NCBI GenBank assembly: GCA_038058485.1
Contig: JBBUBA010000012.1
Span: 1 to 44,752, forward strand
DNA from: Patescibacteria group bacterium
GTDB lineage: Bacteria; Patescibacteriota; Minisyncoccia; Phycocordibacterales; Zambryskibacteraceae
Length of the DNA: 44,752 nt
Direction: 5' to 3'
Positions within the stretch are counted from its first letter, which is position 1; each line of letters begins with the position of its first letter. This document shows, piece after piece, positions 6,255 through 15,778 of the stretch. The notes under the pieces were generated by a model. The model made no database searches. It was not told where the DNA came from and saw only the letters and a program-made list of their open reading frames with translations. The position numbers were made by a program, and so were the translations under genes.

Positions 6255-7556
6255 ATGAGCGATTGGAAGGAATTTTTTAGAGGCAAAACAATAACCGTCA
6301 TGGGACTCGGGCTTCTTGGTCGTGGAGTTGGGGATGCAGAATTTTTAGCTAAATTTGCAAAGGAGATTATTGTTACTGATCTTAAGACTTCGACTGCACT
6401 AGAGTCCTCACTGGCAAGGCTCCGAAAGTTTAAAAATATTAAATATGTCTTAGGTAAGCATAGGTTAGAAGATTTTAAAAATAGAGATTTCATAATAAAG
6501 GCGGCTGGAGTACCTCTAGATTCTCCATACATTACTCACGCGAGAAAGCATAAGATGCCAGTGTATATGAGCACAGCTCTATTTGCATATCTGTCCCCTT
6601 CCAAAATTATTGGAGTAACAGGAACTCGAGGCAAGACCACCGTGACATATATGCTCTATGAAATTTTGAAGAGAGCAAAGAAGGGGCGAGTATATTTGGG
6701 TGGGAACGTCCAAGGCATGGCCACCTTGCCGATGCTTGCTCAAGCAAAAAAGGACGATGTTTATGTGCTCGAACTTGATTCGTGGCAACTCCAAGGGTTC
6801 GGTGATTTAAAGATAAGTCCACCTCTCTCTGTCTTCACAAACTTTATGCCAGATCATCTAAACTACTACAAAAATGATCTCAAAAAATATTTTGGAGATA
6901 AAGCTAATATTTTTAAATATCAAAAAAGGGGAGACATTCTTATCGTTGGAGAAAATTTAAAAAAAATACCAAAAAGAGCTATTCGGATTTCTGAAAGTGA
7001 TTTACCCAGAGACATAATTTTACAAATACCAGGTAAACATAATCGATTTAATGCCGCTCTAGCTTATGTTTCGGCTAAAAAATTTGGAATCCCCATACCA
7101 CTAATCAAAAAAAGTTTGAGAGAATTTAAAGGAGTTTCAGGTAGATTAGAAAAAATCAGAGATTACAAAGGGGTAGAAATATATAACGACACCACAGCTA
7201 CCACTCCACACGCCTTAAAGATTGCCCTCGAAGCCCTAAATGGCAAGCAAGTTATTCTTATAGCTGGAGGTTCGGATAAAAATATTGGTCTAGCTTTGCT
7301 TAAGAAACCCTTAACTTTGTGTAAAAAAATAATTCTTTTCCCAGGTTCAGGAACTGATAGGTTGATAAAAGAAAAAATTGTAAAGCAGTTCATTTTAGCT
7401 AAAGAGATGAATGATGCTGTACAAAAAGCTTTCAGATTTACCACCAAAGGAGAGGCAATTCTTCTCTCACCAGGCTTCGCTTCATTTGGATTATTCAAAA
7501 ATGAGTATGATAGGGGAGAAAAGTTTGTAACCGCGATTAAGAAATTCACAAAATAG
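6255..7556 (+). CDS. murD: UDP-N-acetylmuramoyl-L-alanine--D-glutamate ligase
   Basis: N-terminal Rossmann-like VMGLGLLGRG and Mur ligase P-loop GVTGTRGKTT; length 433 aa. TAGTAT (6243-6248) plus 6 nt lies before the ATG. Confidence 0.9.
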   Translation: MSDWKEFFRGKTITVMGLGLLGRGVGDAEFLAKFAKEIIVTDLKTSTALESSLARLRKFKNIKYVLGKHRLEDFKNRDFIIKAAGVPLDSPYITHARKHKMPVYMSTALFAYLSPSKIIGVTGTRGKTTVTYMLYEILKRAKKGRVYLGGNVQGMATLPMLAQAKKDDVYVLELDSWQLQGFGDLKISPPLSVFTNFMPDHLNYYKNDLKKYFGDKANIFKYQKRGDILIVGENLKKIPKRAIRISESDLPRDIILQIPGKHNRFNAALAYVSAKKFGIPIPLIKKSLREFKGVSGRLEKIRDYKGVEIYNDTTATTPHALKIALEALNGKQVILIAGGSDKNIGLALLKKPLTLCKKIILFPGSGTDRLIKEKIVKQFILAKEMNDAVQKAFRFTTKGEAILLSPGFASFGLFKNEYDRGEKFVTAIKKFTK

Positions 7557-7558
7557 AA

Positions 7559-7585
7559 AGGAGCCACCCGGGTTGAGTGGCTCCT
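7559..7585. terminator. Hairpin terminator between murD and the convergent small ORF
   Basis: AGGAGCCAC-N9-GTGGCTCCT. The T-rich tail (TTCTATTTT) is on the minus-strand side. Confidence 0.6.
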
Positions 7586-7611
7586 CGTTTGCGTCTGGGG
7601 CAGAATTCGGA

Positions 7612-7800
7612 CTAGCGGACTTCCATCTGCCGACGGATCACGGTGTTGAGCGCGGGTGGGAACCCGACGCTGTCGACAAGCTCCTCGAGAAGATCTCGAG
7701 AAGTCTCAGTCACTTCCATGAGTTCCGGCAAAAGCTCGCCGGTCTCAAGGAAGTACTTGAGAGTGAGCTCGTCGAGCTTGCTGCCGATTGTCTCGGCCAT
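7612..7800 (-). CDS. Small acidic helical protein (62 aa), unknown function, GC-rich and probably foreign
   Basis: ATG at 7800 is preceded by AAAGGAGGG (7804-7812) at 3 nt. Upstream promoter is TTGACT-N16-TATAAT, with the terminator hairpin downstream. Local GC is clearly above its neighbours. Confidence 0.5.
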   Translation of the reverse strand: MAETIGSKLDELTLKYFLETGELLPELMEVTETSRDLLEELVDSVGFPPALNTVIRRQMEVR

Positions 7801-7914
7801 AAGCCCTCCTTTGTTGGGGTCTAATATCATTATACACAATTTACATATGAAGTCAAGTCTCATCCATAACTACAGTCTTTTATGTACCTTAAAAACGTTG
7901 TATAATCAACACAA

Positions 7915-9579
7915 ATGTACAATCCGGAGAAGATTACATACTTCGCCGAGACAGACTCTCGAAATAAGCGTGTTAATTTCGGTATAAAGGCCAAGGATCG
8001 CCTCAAGCACGTCTACGTAATAGGCAAGACAGGTATGGGGAAATCGACACTCCTCGAGAACATGGCTGTACAGGATATCAAAGGGAACGAAGGGATGGCC
8101 TTTCTCGACCCACATGGTAAGTCTGCAGAACTTCTTTTGGAATACGTACCTCCTGAGCGTGTCAAAGATGTAATTTACTTTGCCCCCTTTGATACAGAAC
8201 ATCCTATTTCTTTCAATGTTATGGAAGATGTAGGGGTGGACAAGCGACACCTCGTGGCTAACGGCCTCATGAGTGCCTTCAAAAAGATTTGGGTCGATGC
8301 CTGGAGCGCGAGGATGGAATACATTTTGAATAACATTCTGCTAGCACTTCTTGAGTACCCCGGCTCAACTCTAGTGGGGGTGAATCGCATGCTTGCCGAC
8401 AAACCCTATCGATTAAAGGTTGTTGAAAATATTAAAGATCCATCGGTCAAATCTTTTTGGGTAGATGAGTTCGAGAAGTATGGAGAGAAGTATATGCAAG
8501 AAGCTGGAGCTGCGATACAAAACAAAATTGGACAGTTTATAAGTAATCCTTTGGTTAGGAACATTATCGGCCAAGAGAAGTCCTCATTTGATTTGAGGAA
8601 ACTCATGGACGAAGGCAAGATTATTATTATCAATCTCTCTAAGGGTCGGGTAGGCGAGGCCAACGCCAACCTCATAGGGTCCATGCTCATAACCAAAATT
8701 TACCTTGCTGCCATGAGTCGAGCCGACAAGAGCGATACAGAGCTACAAAAACTCCCGAATTTTTATTTGTATGTTGATGAGTTTCAGTCTTTTGCCAATG
8801 AGTCATTTGCCGACATTCTCTCCGAAGCTCGCAAATACAAACTCAATCTCACCATTGCGCATCAGTATATAGAACAGATGGCCGAAGAGGTTAGAGCGGC
8901 GGTCTTTGGTAACGTAGGCACAATGATCACTTTTAGAGTCGGTGCATACGATGCTGAAGTTTTAGAAAAAGAGTTTGCCCCGACGTTTACAGCCGAAGAT
9001 TTGGTGAATCTTGGGTCGTATCAAATTTATTTGAAGCTCATGATAGACGGAATAGGTTCTCAACCATTTTCCGCAATGACTATGGCTCCGATAGAAAAGC
9101 CCGCCACATCTTCTGCTGAAGAAATAATTCGTAATTCGCGCCGAATTTATGCGACACCCAAGCTTGAGGTTGAGAAAAAAATTCAAGCTTGGCATGAAGA
9201 GGGGAGAGTCGTCAAACCAGAGAAGAGAGCTGATAAAAAATATGAACCGAGGAAGTATGAGCCAAGAGTGGAACCTAGACCTGCTTTTGTTCCCAAACCC
9301 GCGCCTCCGCCGGCCCCTTTCCCAGTTCAACCAGAGGATGATTTTAAACCCCTCAAGGGCATTTCGCTCGATATGATTAAACAAACATCCAACAATCAGC
9401 GTCCTGTCTCGCAAAAGAATATGAGCGAGCTTCGCAACGCCCTCTCATCGATAGTAAAGACTCAGTCAACAGTTCATAAACCAGAACCCGTTACTCCACC
9501 TAAACCTCCTCAAGTTGAGCCAAAAAAACCAAAAGAAATACCAGAAGCCGAACTCAAAGCTCTTCTAGATGTCGAATAG
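7915..9579 (+). CDS. TraD/VirD4-like (type IV secretion coupling-protein family) P-loop ATPase with Pro/Lys-rich disordered tail
   Basis: Walker A GKTGMGKST, Walker B-like FYLYVDEFQSF, and ARKYKLNLTIAHQY typical of the TraG/TraD family. No N-terminal TM helices. TATAAT (7901-7906) plus 8 nt lies before the ATG. Confidence 0.8.
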   Translation: MYNPEKITYFAETDSRNKRVNFGIKAKDRLKHVYVIGKTGMGKSTLLENMAVQDIKGNEGMAFLDPHGKSAELLLEYVPPERVKDVIYFAPFDTEHPISFNVMEDVGVDKRHLVANGLMSAFKKIWVDAWSARMEYILNNILLALLEYPGSTLVGVNRMLADKPYRLKVVENIKDPSVKSFWVDEFEKYGEKYMQEAGAAIQNKIGQFISNPLVRNIIGQEKSSFDLRKLMDEGKIIIINLSKGRVGEANANLIGSMLITKIYLAAMSRADKSDTELQKLPNFYLYVDEFQSFANESFADILSEARKYKLNLTIAHQYIEQMAEEVRAAVFGNVGTMITFRVGAYDAEVLEKEFAPTFTAEDLVNLGSYQIYLKLMIDGIGSQPFSAMTMAPIEKPATSSAEEIIRNSRRIYATPKLEVEKKIQAWHEEGRVVKPEKRADKKYEPRKYEPRVEPRPAFVPKPAPPPAPFPVQPEDDFKPLKGISLDMIKQTSNNQRPVSQKNMSELRNALSSIVKTQSTVHKPEPVTPPKPPQVEPKKPKEIPEAELKALLDVE

Positions 9580-10735
9580 TTCGACCATGCTCACTACACG
9601 TAAAAGAATTCTCGTTCTCTCTCTGGCATATTATCCACTTGTGGGAGGAGCGGAGATAGCTATAAAGGAAATCACAGATCGGATTCGAGATATTGATTTT
9701 GACATGATAACGATGAGGTTTGATAAATCGCACTTGAAATTTGAGGCAATTGACAATGTCCATGTTCATCGCATTGGATGGGGTGGAAATTATATAAACA
9801 AAATACTTTTTGTACCCCTAGCCGCCCTTAAAGCTTGGCGACTAAATAGGAAGAACCATTACCGCAAATTTTGGGCCATGATGACGTATATGCTTTTCCC
9901 CATCTCTATTATGAGACTTTTTGGAAACACGACTCCGTATGCTCTGACTCTTCAAGATGGGGACCCATTTGAGCATGTTTTTAGACGCTCCCACATCAGA
10001 GTTTTTGCTCCACTACTTAGAAAGGGAATCAGAGAGGCAGAAGTTGTGCAAACTATCTCAAACTTTTTGGCAGATTGGGCAAAAAAGTTTGGCTATATGA
10101 AAAAAGTAGAAGTTATTCCAAACGGGGTAGATGTAGATAAATTTCAGAATCAAGAATCAAGAATCAGGAATCAGGATAAAACGATTTTGATCACCACCTC
10201 AAGACTGGTGAAGAAAAATGGAGTAGGGGATGTGATAGATGCCTTGAGACTACTTCCCGAAAATATTTCTTTCAAAATTCTGGGGACAGGCCCCTTGATG
10301 TCCGAATTGAAAATGAAAGTTAAAAGTCTGAATTTGAAAAGTCGTGTAAATTTTCTAGGTTATATACCGCAAAGCGAAATCCCTAATTATTTGCACAAAG
10401 CAGATATATTTATTCGCCCCTCACTTTCCGAAGGCATGGGGAGTTCTTTTGTTGAAGCGATGGCGGCAGGACTTCCTGTGATTGCTACCCCCGTTGGAGG
10501 TATTCCCGATTTCCTTTTTGATCCGGACAGAAATAAAAATCATCACTCCACTGGTCTTTTTGTAAACATTCATGACTCCAAGGACATCGCTCGGCAAGTA
10601 GCGAGGCTCATAAAAGACTCAAAACTTCGTGAGACCCTCATAAACAATGGTAGACGCCTCGTGAGAGAGAAGTATGACTGGAATTTGATAGCGGGGGAGA
10701 TGAAGAGTAAGGTGTTCAATAATGGAAAATTCTAA
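9569..10735 (+). CDS. Glycosyltransferase, GT4 family
   Basis: C-terminal RPSLSEGMGSSFVEAMAAGLPVIATPVGGIPDF (the E-x7-E region of GT4). The start overlaps the previous stop. Confidence 0.85.
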   Translation: MSNSSTMLTTRKRILVLSLAYYPLVGGAEIAIKEITDRIRDIDFDMITMRFDKSHLKFEAIDNVHVHRIGWGGNYINKILFVPLAALKAWRLNRKNHYRKFWAMMTYMLFPISIMRLFGNTTPYALTLQDGDPFEHVFRRSHIRVFAPLLRKGIREAEVVQTISNFLADWAKKFGYMKKVEVIPNGVDVDKFQNQESRIRNQDKTILITTSRLVKKNGVGDVIDALRLLPENISFKILGTGPLMSELKMKVKSLNLKSRVNFLGYIPQSEIPNYLHKADIFIRPSLSEGMGSSFVEAMAAGLPVIATPVGGIPDFLFDPDRNKNHHSTGLFVNIHDSKDIARQVARLIKDSKLRETLINNGRRLVREKYDWNLIAGEMKSKVFNNGKF

Positions 10736-11822
10736 ACCGAGAGTGCTAATAGTTGCGAGCATATATCCACCTGACCCAGGTGGCCCGGCTCTGCATGCCA
10801 ATAAGCAGTTTGAGTATTTTGACAGAATGGGATTCAAGGTCGGCTTAGTGGTTTTGTCGTGGTATAAAAAGTGGCCCATTGGACTCCGTCACCTGATATT
10901 TTTTTTCAAAATTCTAGCAAAAATATGGCGTTACGATCTTGTATATATGCACGATGCCGTTGGTGCTGGACTCCCTGCCCTTATAGCTGCAAAAATATTT
11001 AGAAAGAGATCTATAGTCAGAATTGGAGGAGATTTAGCTTGGGAAAGAAAAGTGGACAGAAACAAGACTGACCTCTCAATGAATGAGTGGTATACAGCAG
11101 GTTACAATTTTAATGACAGATTCTACAAACTTTCAAGGTGGTTACTAAGAAGAGTAAATAAGATCGTTGTACCGTCACCACTTTTATCGAATCTTTATGA
11201 GAGATATTACGGAATTGGTCCTGAAAAAGTACAAGTTATACCAAACCCGATACCAGAAATTACAAAAAACCTAATTGTTAACCAGAAAAGGACAATTGTG
11301 TATGCTAGTCGTTTAGTTGCCTACAAGAATTTGAGGTTTGTACTAAGAGTTTTATCTAAAATTTTCCCCCTTAACAATGATATTAAATTTATAATAATGG
11401 GTGATGGTCCAGAAAAAGCTTCATTAATAAAATTTGCAAAAACATTAAAAATTGAAGGTCAGGTAGTATTTACTGGATTAGTTGATCAGTCAAAAGTTTT
11501 TGAAGAGACAGCGATCTGTTTATTTACAATTGGGCCTGCTTTAACCGAGTTTAATCCAAATTACATTCTCCAATCACTTTCTTTTGGAAAGCCATTTCTC
11601 ATCAGTAAAGAAAACGGCTTTCCATTTGAAGTGCCAGATGGCTTCCTTTTTGATCCCAGAGATGAATCAGAACTAGAGAGTCGCATAAATAGTTTTTTGA
11701 CAGTAGATGGTTATACAAAGGCTTTAAATCAAGCAAGGTCGATTGATTTCAAAATGTCTTGGGACGATGTCATGATTAGTAATCTTAACCTTATTAGACA
11801 GCTTTTAAATGGCCAGAAATAA
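10722..11822 (+). CDS. Glycosyltransferase, GT4-like
   Basis: GT-B layout with N-terminal VLIVASIYPPDPGGPALHA. Overlaps both neighbours. Confidence 0.75.
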   Translation: MENSKPRVLIVASIYPPDPGGPALHANKQFEYFDRMGFKVGLVVLSWYKKWPIGLRHLIFFFKILAKIWRYDLVYMHDAVGAGLPALIAAKIFRKRSIVRIGGDLAWERKVDRNKTDLSMNEWYTAGYNFNDRFYKLSRWLLRRVNKIVVPSPLLSNLYERYYGIGPEKVQVIPNPIPEITKNLIVNQKRTIVYASRLVAYKNLRFVLRVLSKIFPLNNDIKFIIMGDGPEKASLIKFAKTLKIEGQVVFTGLVDQSKVFEETAICLFTIGPALTEFNPNYILQSLSFGKPFLISKENGFPFEVPDGFLFDPRDESELESRINSFLTVDGYTKALNQARSIDFKMSWDDVMISNLNLIRQLLNGQK

Positions 11823-12927
11823 GGGCATAATGGTATCAATGGAAAAAATAAATCTCAGAGTTCTAATGATATCTAGCGACCGTAATATTCTTGTGACCGA
11901 GAGTGCTGTGACAAGTCGGATAAATGAATATAGAAAAATTGCAGATGAATTGCATATAATTCTCTTGTCTGACAAAAAACATAATTTGAAGCCAGCGAGG
12001 CTTTTTGAAAATGTCTGGGTTTATCCAACAAATTCAGACAATAGATTTTTGCGACCGATGGATGCGGTGAGAATCGGAAAGAAAATCACATGTTCTCTCA
12101 TTACCACTCAAGACCCGTTCGAGTGTGGTTGGGTCGGCATGAGACTTAAAAAGTTAAAAAAGATTCCACTTGAGGTTCAGTTACACACTGATCCATTCTC
12201 GGTACATTTTGCTGGCGGATTGTTTAACATTATACGTAAATGGATAATGAAAAGCGTACTAAGGCAAGCGGATAGTGTCCGTGTAGTTTTAAGATCAGTT
12301 GGAGACGAACTCATGGAGAAGTATGGGGTCAAAAATATTTCTGTACTGCCTATATATATTGACAGGACACGAATTGAAGGCAGATTAAAATTTGATTTGC
12401 ACGATAAATATAGATTCAAAACAGTTTTGCTAATGGTTACACGTCTCGCAAGGGAGAAAAATATTAACACGGCTCTTGAGTGCCTCAAGAAGGTGCGACA
12501 CAAATTTCCAGACACTGGAATGGTTATTGTGGGTTCTGGAACCGAGAAGTTCGAAGAACAAGATGGGGTCGTCTTCGTCGAATGGCAAGAAGATTTGAGT
12601 TCCTTCTATAAGACCTCTGATATATTCATCCAGACTTCTGACTTCGAGGGCTACGGCCTCTCACTTGTTGAAGCCGGATTGTCTGGTATGGCAGTGGTTT
12701 CGACATCAGTTGGGGTGGCTAAGGAGCTTGTGGAAGAAAAAGATCTACTGATATCTACTTCGGACGCAGAGTCATTTGCAGTAGCCGTCGATAGTCTTAT
12801 CAATAATAAAGATCTTCGTGAAAGACTCGGAAATAGCCTCAAAAAATCTATCGAAGCCAAAGTTCTTACCAAAGAAGCCTATTTAAATAAGATTAGGGAA
12901 AATTGGGAAAAAACTGCCAGAAAATGA
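11809..12927 (+). CDS. Glycosyltransferase, GT4 family (start uncertain; alternative in-frame ATGs at 11830 and 11839)
   Basis: FIQTSDFEGYGLSLVEAGLSGMAVVSTSVG motif. Confidence 0.8.
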   Translation: MARNKGIMVSMEKINLRVLMISSDRNILVTESAVTSRINEYRKIADELHIILLSDKKHNLKPARLFENVWVYPTNSDNRFLRPMDAVRIGKKITCSLITTQDPFECGWVGMRLKKLKKIPLEVQLHTDPFSVHFAGGLFNIIRKWIMKSVLRQADSVRVVLRSVGDELMEKYGVKNISVLPIYIDRTRIEGRLKFDLHDKYRFKTVLLMVTRLAREKNINTALECLKKVRHKFPDTGMVIVGSGTEKFEEQDGVVFVEWQEDLSSFYKTSDIFIQTSDFEGYGLSLVEAGLSGMAVVSTSVGVAKELVEEKDLLISTSDAESFAVAVDSLINNKDLRERLGNSLKKSIEAKVLTKEAYLNKIRENWEKTARK

Positions 12928-13973
12928 AGATTCTAATAATTACGCAGAAAGTGGACGAGTCTGATGATATATTGGGCTTCTTTGTATCCTGGATTGAAGC
13001 TATTGGGAGAAAAGTTGATAAAATTGATGTTATCTGTCTTGCTAAAGGAAAATATAATTTATCAAACAATGTTAGTGTTGTGTCGCTAGGCAAGGAAAAA
13101 GGATTCCCCAAAATATTTCGGGTCATAATCTTTTATTTCTATCTTTTGTGTATATTACCGAGGGTCGATGGTGTCTTTGTACACATGGCACCAGAATATG
13201 TTAAGGCCCTTCATCCACTAAATATTTTTTTTAAAAAACCGATTGTTATGTGGTATGCCCACATAAAGGTAAGTAATACTGCTAAATGGGCCATGGAACA
13301 TGTTGATTACATTTTGACTCCGTCCAAAGAGAGTTTTGAAATGGATTCACCAAAAGTTATTGCAACTGGTCATGGAATCAACACAGAAATATTCGAGCCC
13401 TTGAATCTAGAGCCAGAATTAGATGTTCTGGCCATTTCCCGTATCTCCAGAGTAAAAAGACTGGAAACACTAATAGAAGCAGCCTGGATTCTCAAGGGGC
13501 GTGGCAAAAGTCCAAGCATCAGTATATATGGCAAGCCAGCAAGGCCGGAAGATCAAGAGTATTTTGCCGAATTGAAGAGGAAAGTTCGAACATACCATCT
13601 CGGCAACATAGACTGGAGAGGAAGTGTGGCCAATATGGATACCCCAAAAATCTATGCTAGCCACAGATTACACGTTAGAATGCAAGGTGGGGGCGGATTT
13701 GGTAAAACTGAACTTGAAGCGATGAGCATGGGGATCCCATCTATTGTGCCGACAAGTGTGTATATAAAAGATTTGAATGATTTTGGATCAGGTCTTTATT
13801 TCAAAGAAGATGATGCTGAAGAACTAGCGAATAAAATAGAAAAAGTTTTAGCTTGGAATAAGAAAAGGAGACAAAAATATGCTACGATTGCACGCAAACT
13901 TGTGGTGGAAAAACATAATGTAAATAATATGGCTGAGAAATTTGTTAATCTATTAAAGTCATGTGTGGTATAG
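12924..13973 (+). CDS. Glycosyltransferase, GT4-like
   Basis: MKILIITQK start in an ATGA overlap with the upstream stop. C-terminal GGFGKTELEAMSMGIPSIV. Confidence 0.75.
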   Translation: MKILIITQKVDESDDILGFFVSWIEAIGRKVDKIDVICLAKGKYNLSNNVSVVSLGKEKGFPKIFRVIIFYFYLLCILPRVDGVFVHMAPEYVKALHPLNIFFKKPIVMWYAHIKVSNTAKWAMEHVDYILTPSKESFEMDSPKVIATGHGINTEIFEPLNLEPELDVLAISRISRVKRLETLIEAAWILKGRGKSPSISIYGKPARPEDQEYFAELKRKVRTYHLGNIDWRGSVANMDTPKIYASHRLHVRMQGGGGFGKTELEAMSMGIPSIVPTSVYIKDLNDFGSGLYFKEDDAEELANKIEKVLAWNKKRRQKYATIARKLVVEKHNVNNMAEKFVNLLKSCVV

Positions 13974-15778
13974 CCGGATTTAACTGGAAGGACAAGAGTC
14001 TAGGTGAGAAAATGGGTTCCTGTCTTTCGCATCGTGGCCCGGATGCTTCCGGAGAATTTTTGGATGAGGGTGTAACTCTCTCCCATCGTCGACTTGCGAT
14101 AATAGATCTCTCGAAAGCAGCGAACCAGCCAATGATGGATTCTAAGAAGAACTTGGTAATCGTTTACAATGGCGAGATCTATAATTATAAGGAACTTAAA
14201 CAGGAATTGTCGAACAACTATGCTTTTAAAACTGAGAGTGATACTGAAGTGATACTGGCGGGGTATGAGAAGTGGGGTAAAGATGTGTTGAAAAAGTTGA
14301 ATGGCATATTCAGTTTCGCAATATGGAACAGGCGTGAGAAGGAGCTTTTTTGTGCACGCGACCACATGGGAGTTAAACCCTTCTACTACTCCTATCAGGA
14401 TGGCAAACTAATTTTTGCATCAGAGATTAAATCCATTCTTGTGCATGATCTGTCGAGGAGACTTGATTTGATAGCTTTCAATGAATATATACGAGTACTT
14501 TATGTACCTGAACCAAGGACGATGATAGAAGGCATATTAAAGCTTGCTCCTGGTCATTTCCTCACGCTTAAAAACGGTGATCTGCACATAGAAGAGTATT
14601 ATGTGTCTAGCAATACTGAAAGTAAGTGGAGCTACAATGAAGCCAAGGCCGCTGTAAAGAAAACATTGGGAGAAGCTGTTGTCCGGCAATTGGTAGCTGA
14701 TGTGCCCGTAGGGGTGTACCTCTCAGGGGGGATAGACTCAAGCATCGTACTCGCCGCCGCTTCACGGTCAAAGAAAAACATCAAGACATTTTCAATTGGC
14801 TTTGATCTAGAAGATAAAGAAGAAGAAGACAAGTTCAATAGAGATTTTTTTATTGCGAAAGAGACGGCAGTATACTTTGGAACTGACCATCACGCTTTAT
14901 TAATCACTACAAAAGATGTGGCGGATACACTAGAGCAAATAATTGGAAATATTGATGATCCGGTTTCAAATCCAACAGCGATACCGATGGCTCATCTTTC
15001 GAAATTTGCCAGGGAAAAGGTGACAGTCGTTCTTACAGGCAACGGTGGAGACGAGCTCTTTGGCGGATATGAACGCTACAGAATGAGCAGAAGAGCTGAT
15101 ATGGTTGGAGCAGTCCCTGGTGCAAAATACTTCTTGCCCAAAAGAATTCGATCTGCCGTTGACATGTCAGCATTAGACCGATTGGTACAGTTTGAATTTG
15201 AGAAGGATGGGCGACTTACAAAAGTTTTGAATAGTGCGTATTTTACTCCTGTACAAAACGTTAAAGGGAAGTTTAATAAATATGTTTCTTGTTTTAAGGA
15301 CAAGACCTCAGCTCTTATGCTTGCTGATTTAAGATCGTGGCTACCGGACCAAGCGCTTTCGCTTGGAGATAAAATGAGTATGCTGGGATCCATCGAGGAA
15401 CGAGTGCCTTTTCTAGATAAGGAGGTTGTGGACTTGGCCATGAGCCTTCCCCTAAACTTTAAAGTGGGTCCATTTGAGATGAAAAAAATACTCAAAGATG
15501 CTTTCAGAGATGATCTACCAAATGCGCTATTTAAGGAGCCTAAGAGAGGGTGGTTCTCGCCCGGCGCAAAGTGGTTACGTCGCAAGGAGATACTTACTAT
15601 TGTCGAGAGAATTCTTGATAGAGAGTATTACTTTGGCACCGCAGACCTTTTTATATGGGACAGCATTAAAAATATGCTCGATGACCACGTGGGGAAGAAG
15701 GAATATAATCTGACGATCATTTGGGCAATAATGACTTTTCAAATCTGGGCAAGAAAATATGGTATCTCAATTTCATGA
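13961..15778 (+). CDS. asnB: Asparagine synthase (glutamine-hydrolysing) family amidotransferase
   Basis: N-terminal MCGIAG nucleophile and PP-loop SGGIDSS; 605 aa. The glycan-locus context suggests sugar-carboxylate amidation (inference). Confidence 0.85.
   Translation: MCGIAGFNWKDKSLGEKMGSCLSHRGPDASGEFLDEGVTLSHRRLAIIDLSKAANQPMMDSKKNLVIVYNGEIYNYKELKQELSNNYAFKTESDTEVILAGYEKWGKDVLKKLNGIFSFAIWNRREKELFCARDHMGVKPFYYSYQDGKLIFASEIKSILVHDLSRRLDLIAFNEYIRVLYVPEPRTMIEGILKLAPGHFLTLKNGDLHIEEYYVSSNTESKWSYNEAKAAVKKTLGEAVVRQLVADVPVGVYLSGGIDSSIVLAAASRSKKNIKTFSIGFDLEDKEEEDKFNRDFFIAKETAVYFGTDHHALLITTKDVADTLEQIIGNIDDPVSNPTAIPMAHLSKFAREKVTVVLTGNGGDELFGGYERYRMSRRADMVGAVPGAKYFLPKRIRSAVDMSALDRLVQFEFEKDGRLTKVLNSAYFTPVQNVKGKFNKYVSCFKDKTSALMLADLRSWLPDQALSLGDKMSMLGSIEERVPFLDKEVVDLAMSLPLNFKVGPFEMKKILKDAFRDDLPNALFKEPKRGWFSPGAKWLRRKEILTIVERILDREYYFGTADLFIWDSIKNMLDDHVGKKEYNLTIIWAIMTFQIWARKYGISIS

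Noticed and set aside
7573-7987. Plus-strand ORFs 7573..7824 and 7643..7987, and the longer minus-strand ORF start at 7863
   Set aside because: The GC-rich segment is open in several frames. The plus ORF starts (TTG) inside the terminator hairpin with no promoter. The upstream minus ATG (7863) overlaps the predicted -35 element. The 7800 ATG has SD, promoter and terminator. This remains uncertain without strand-specific RNA data.
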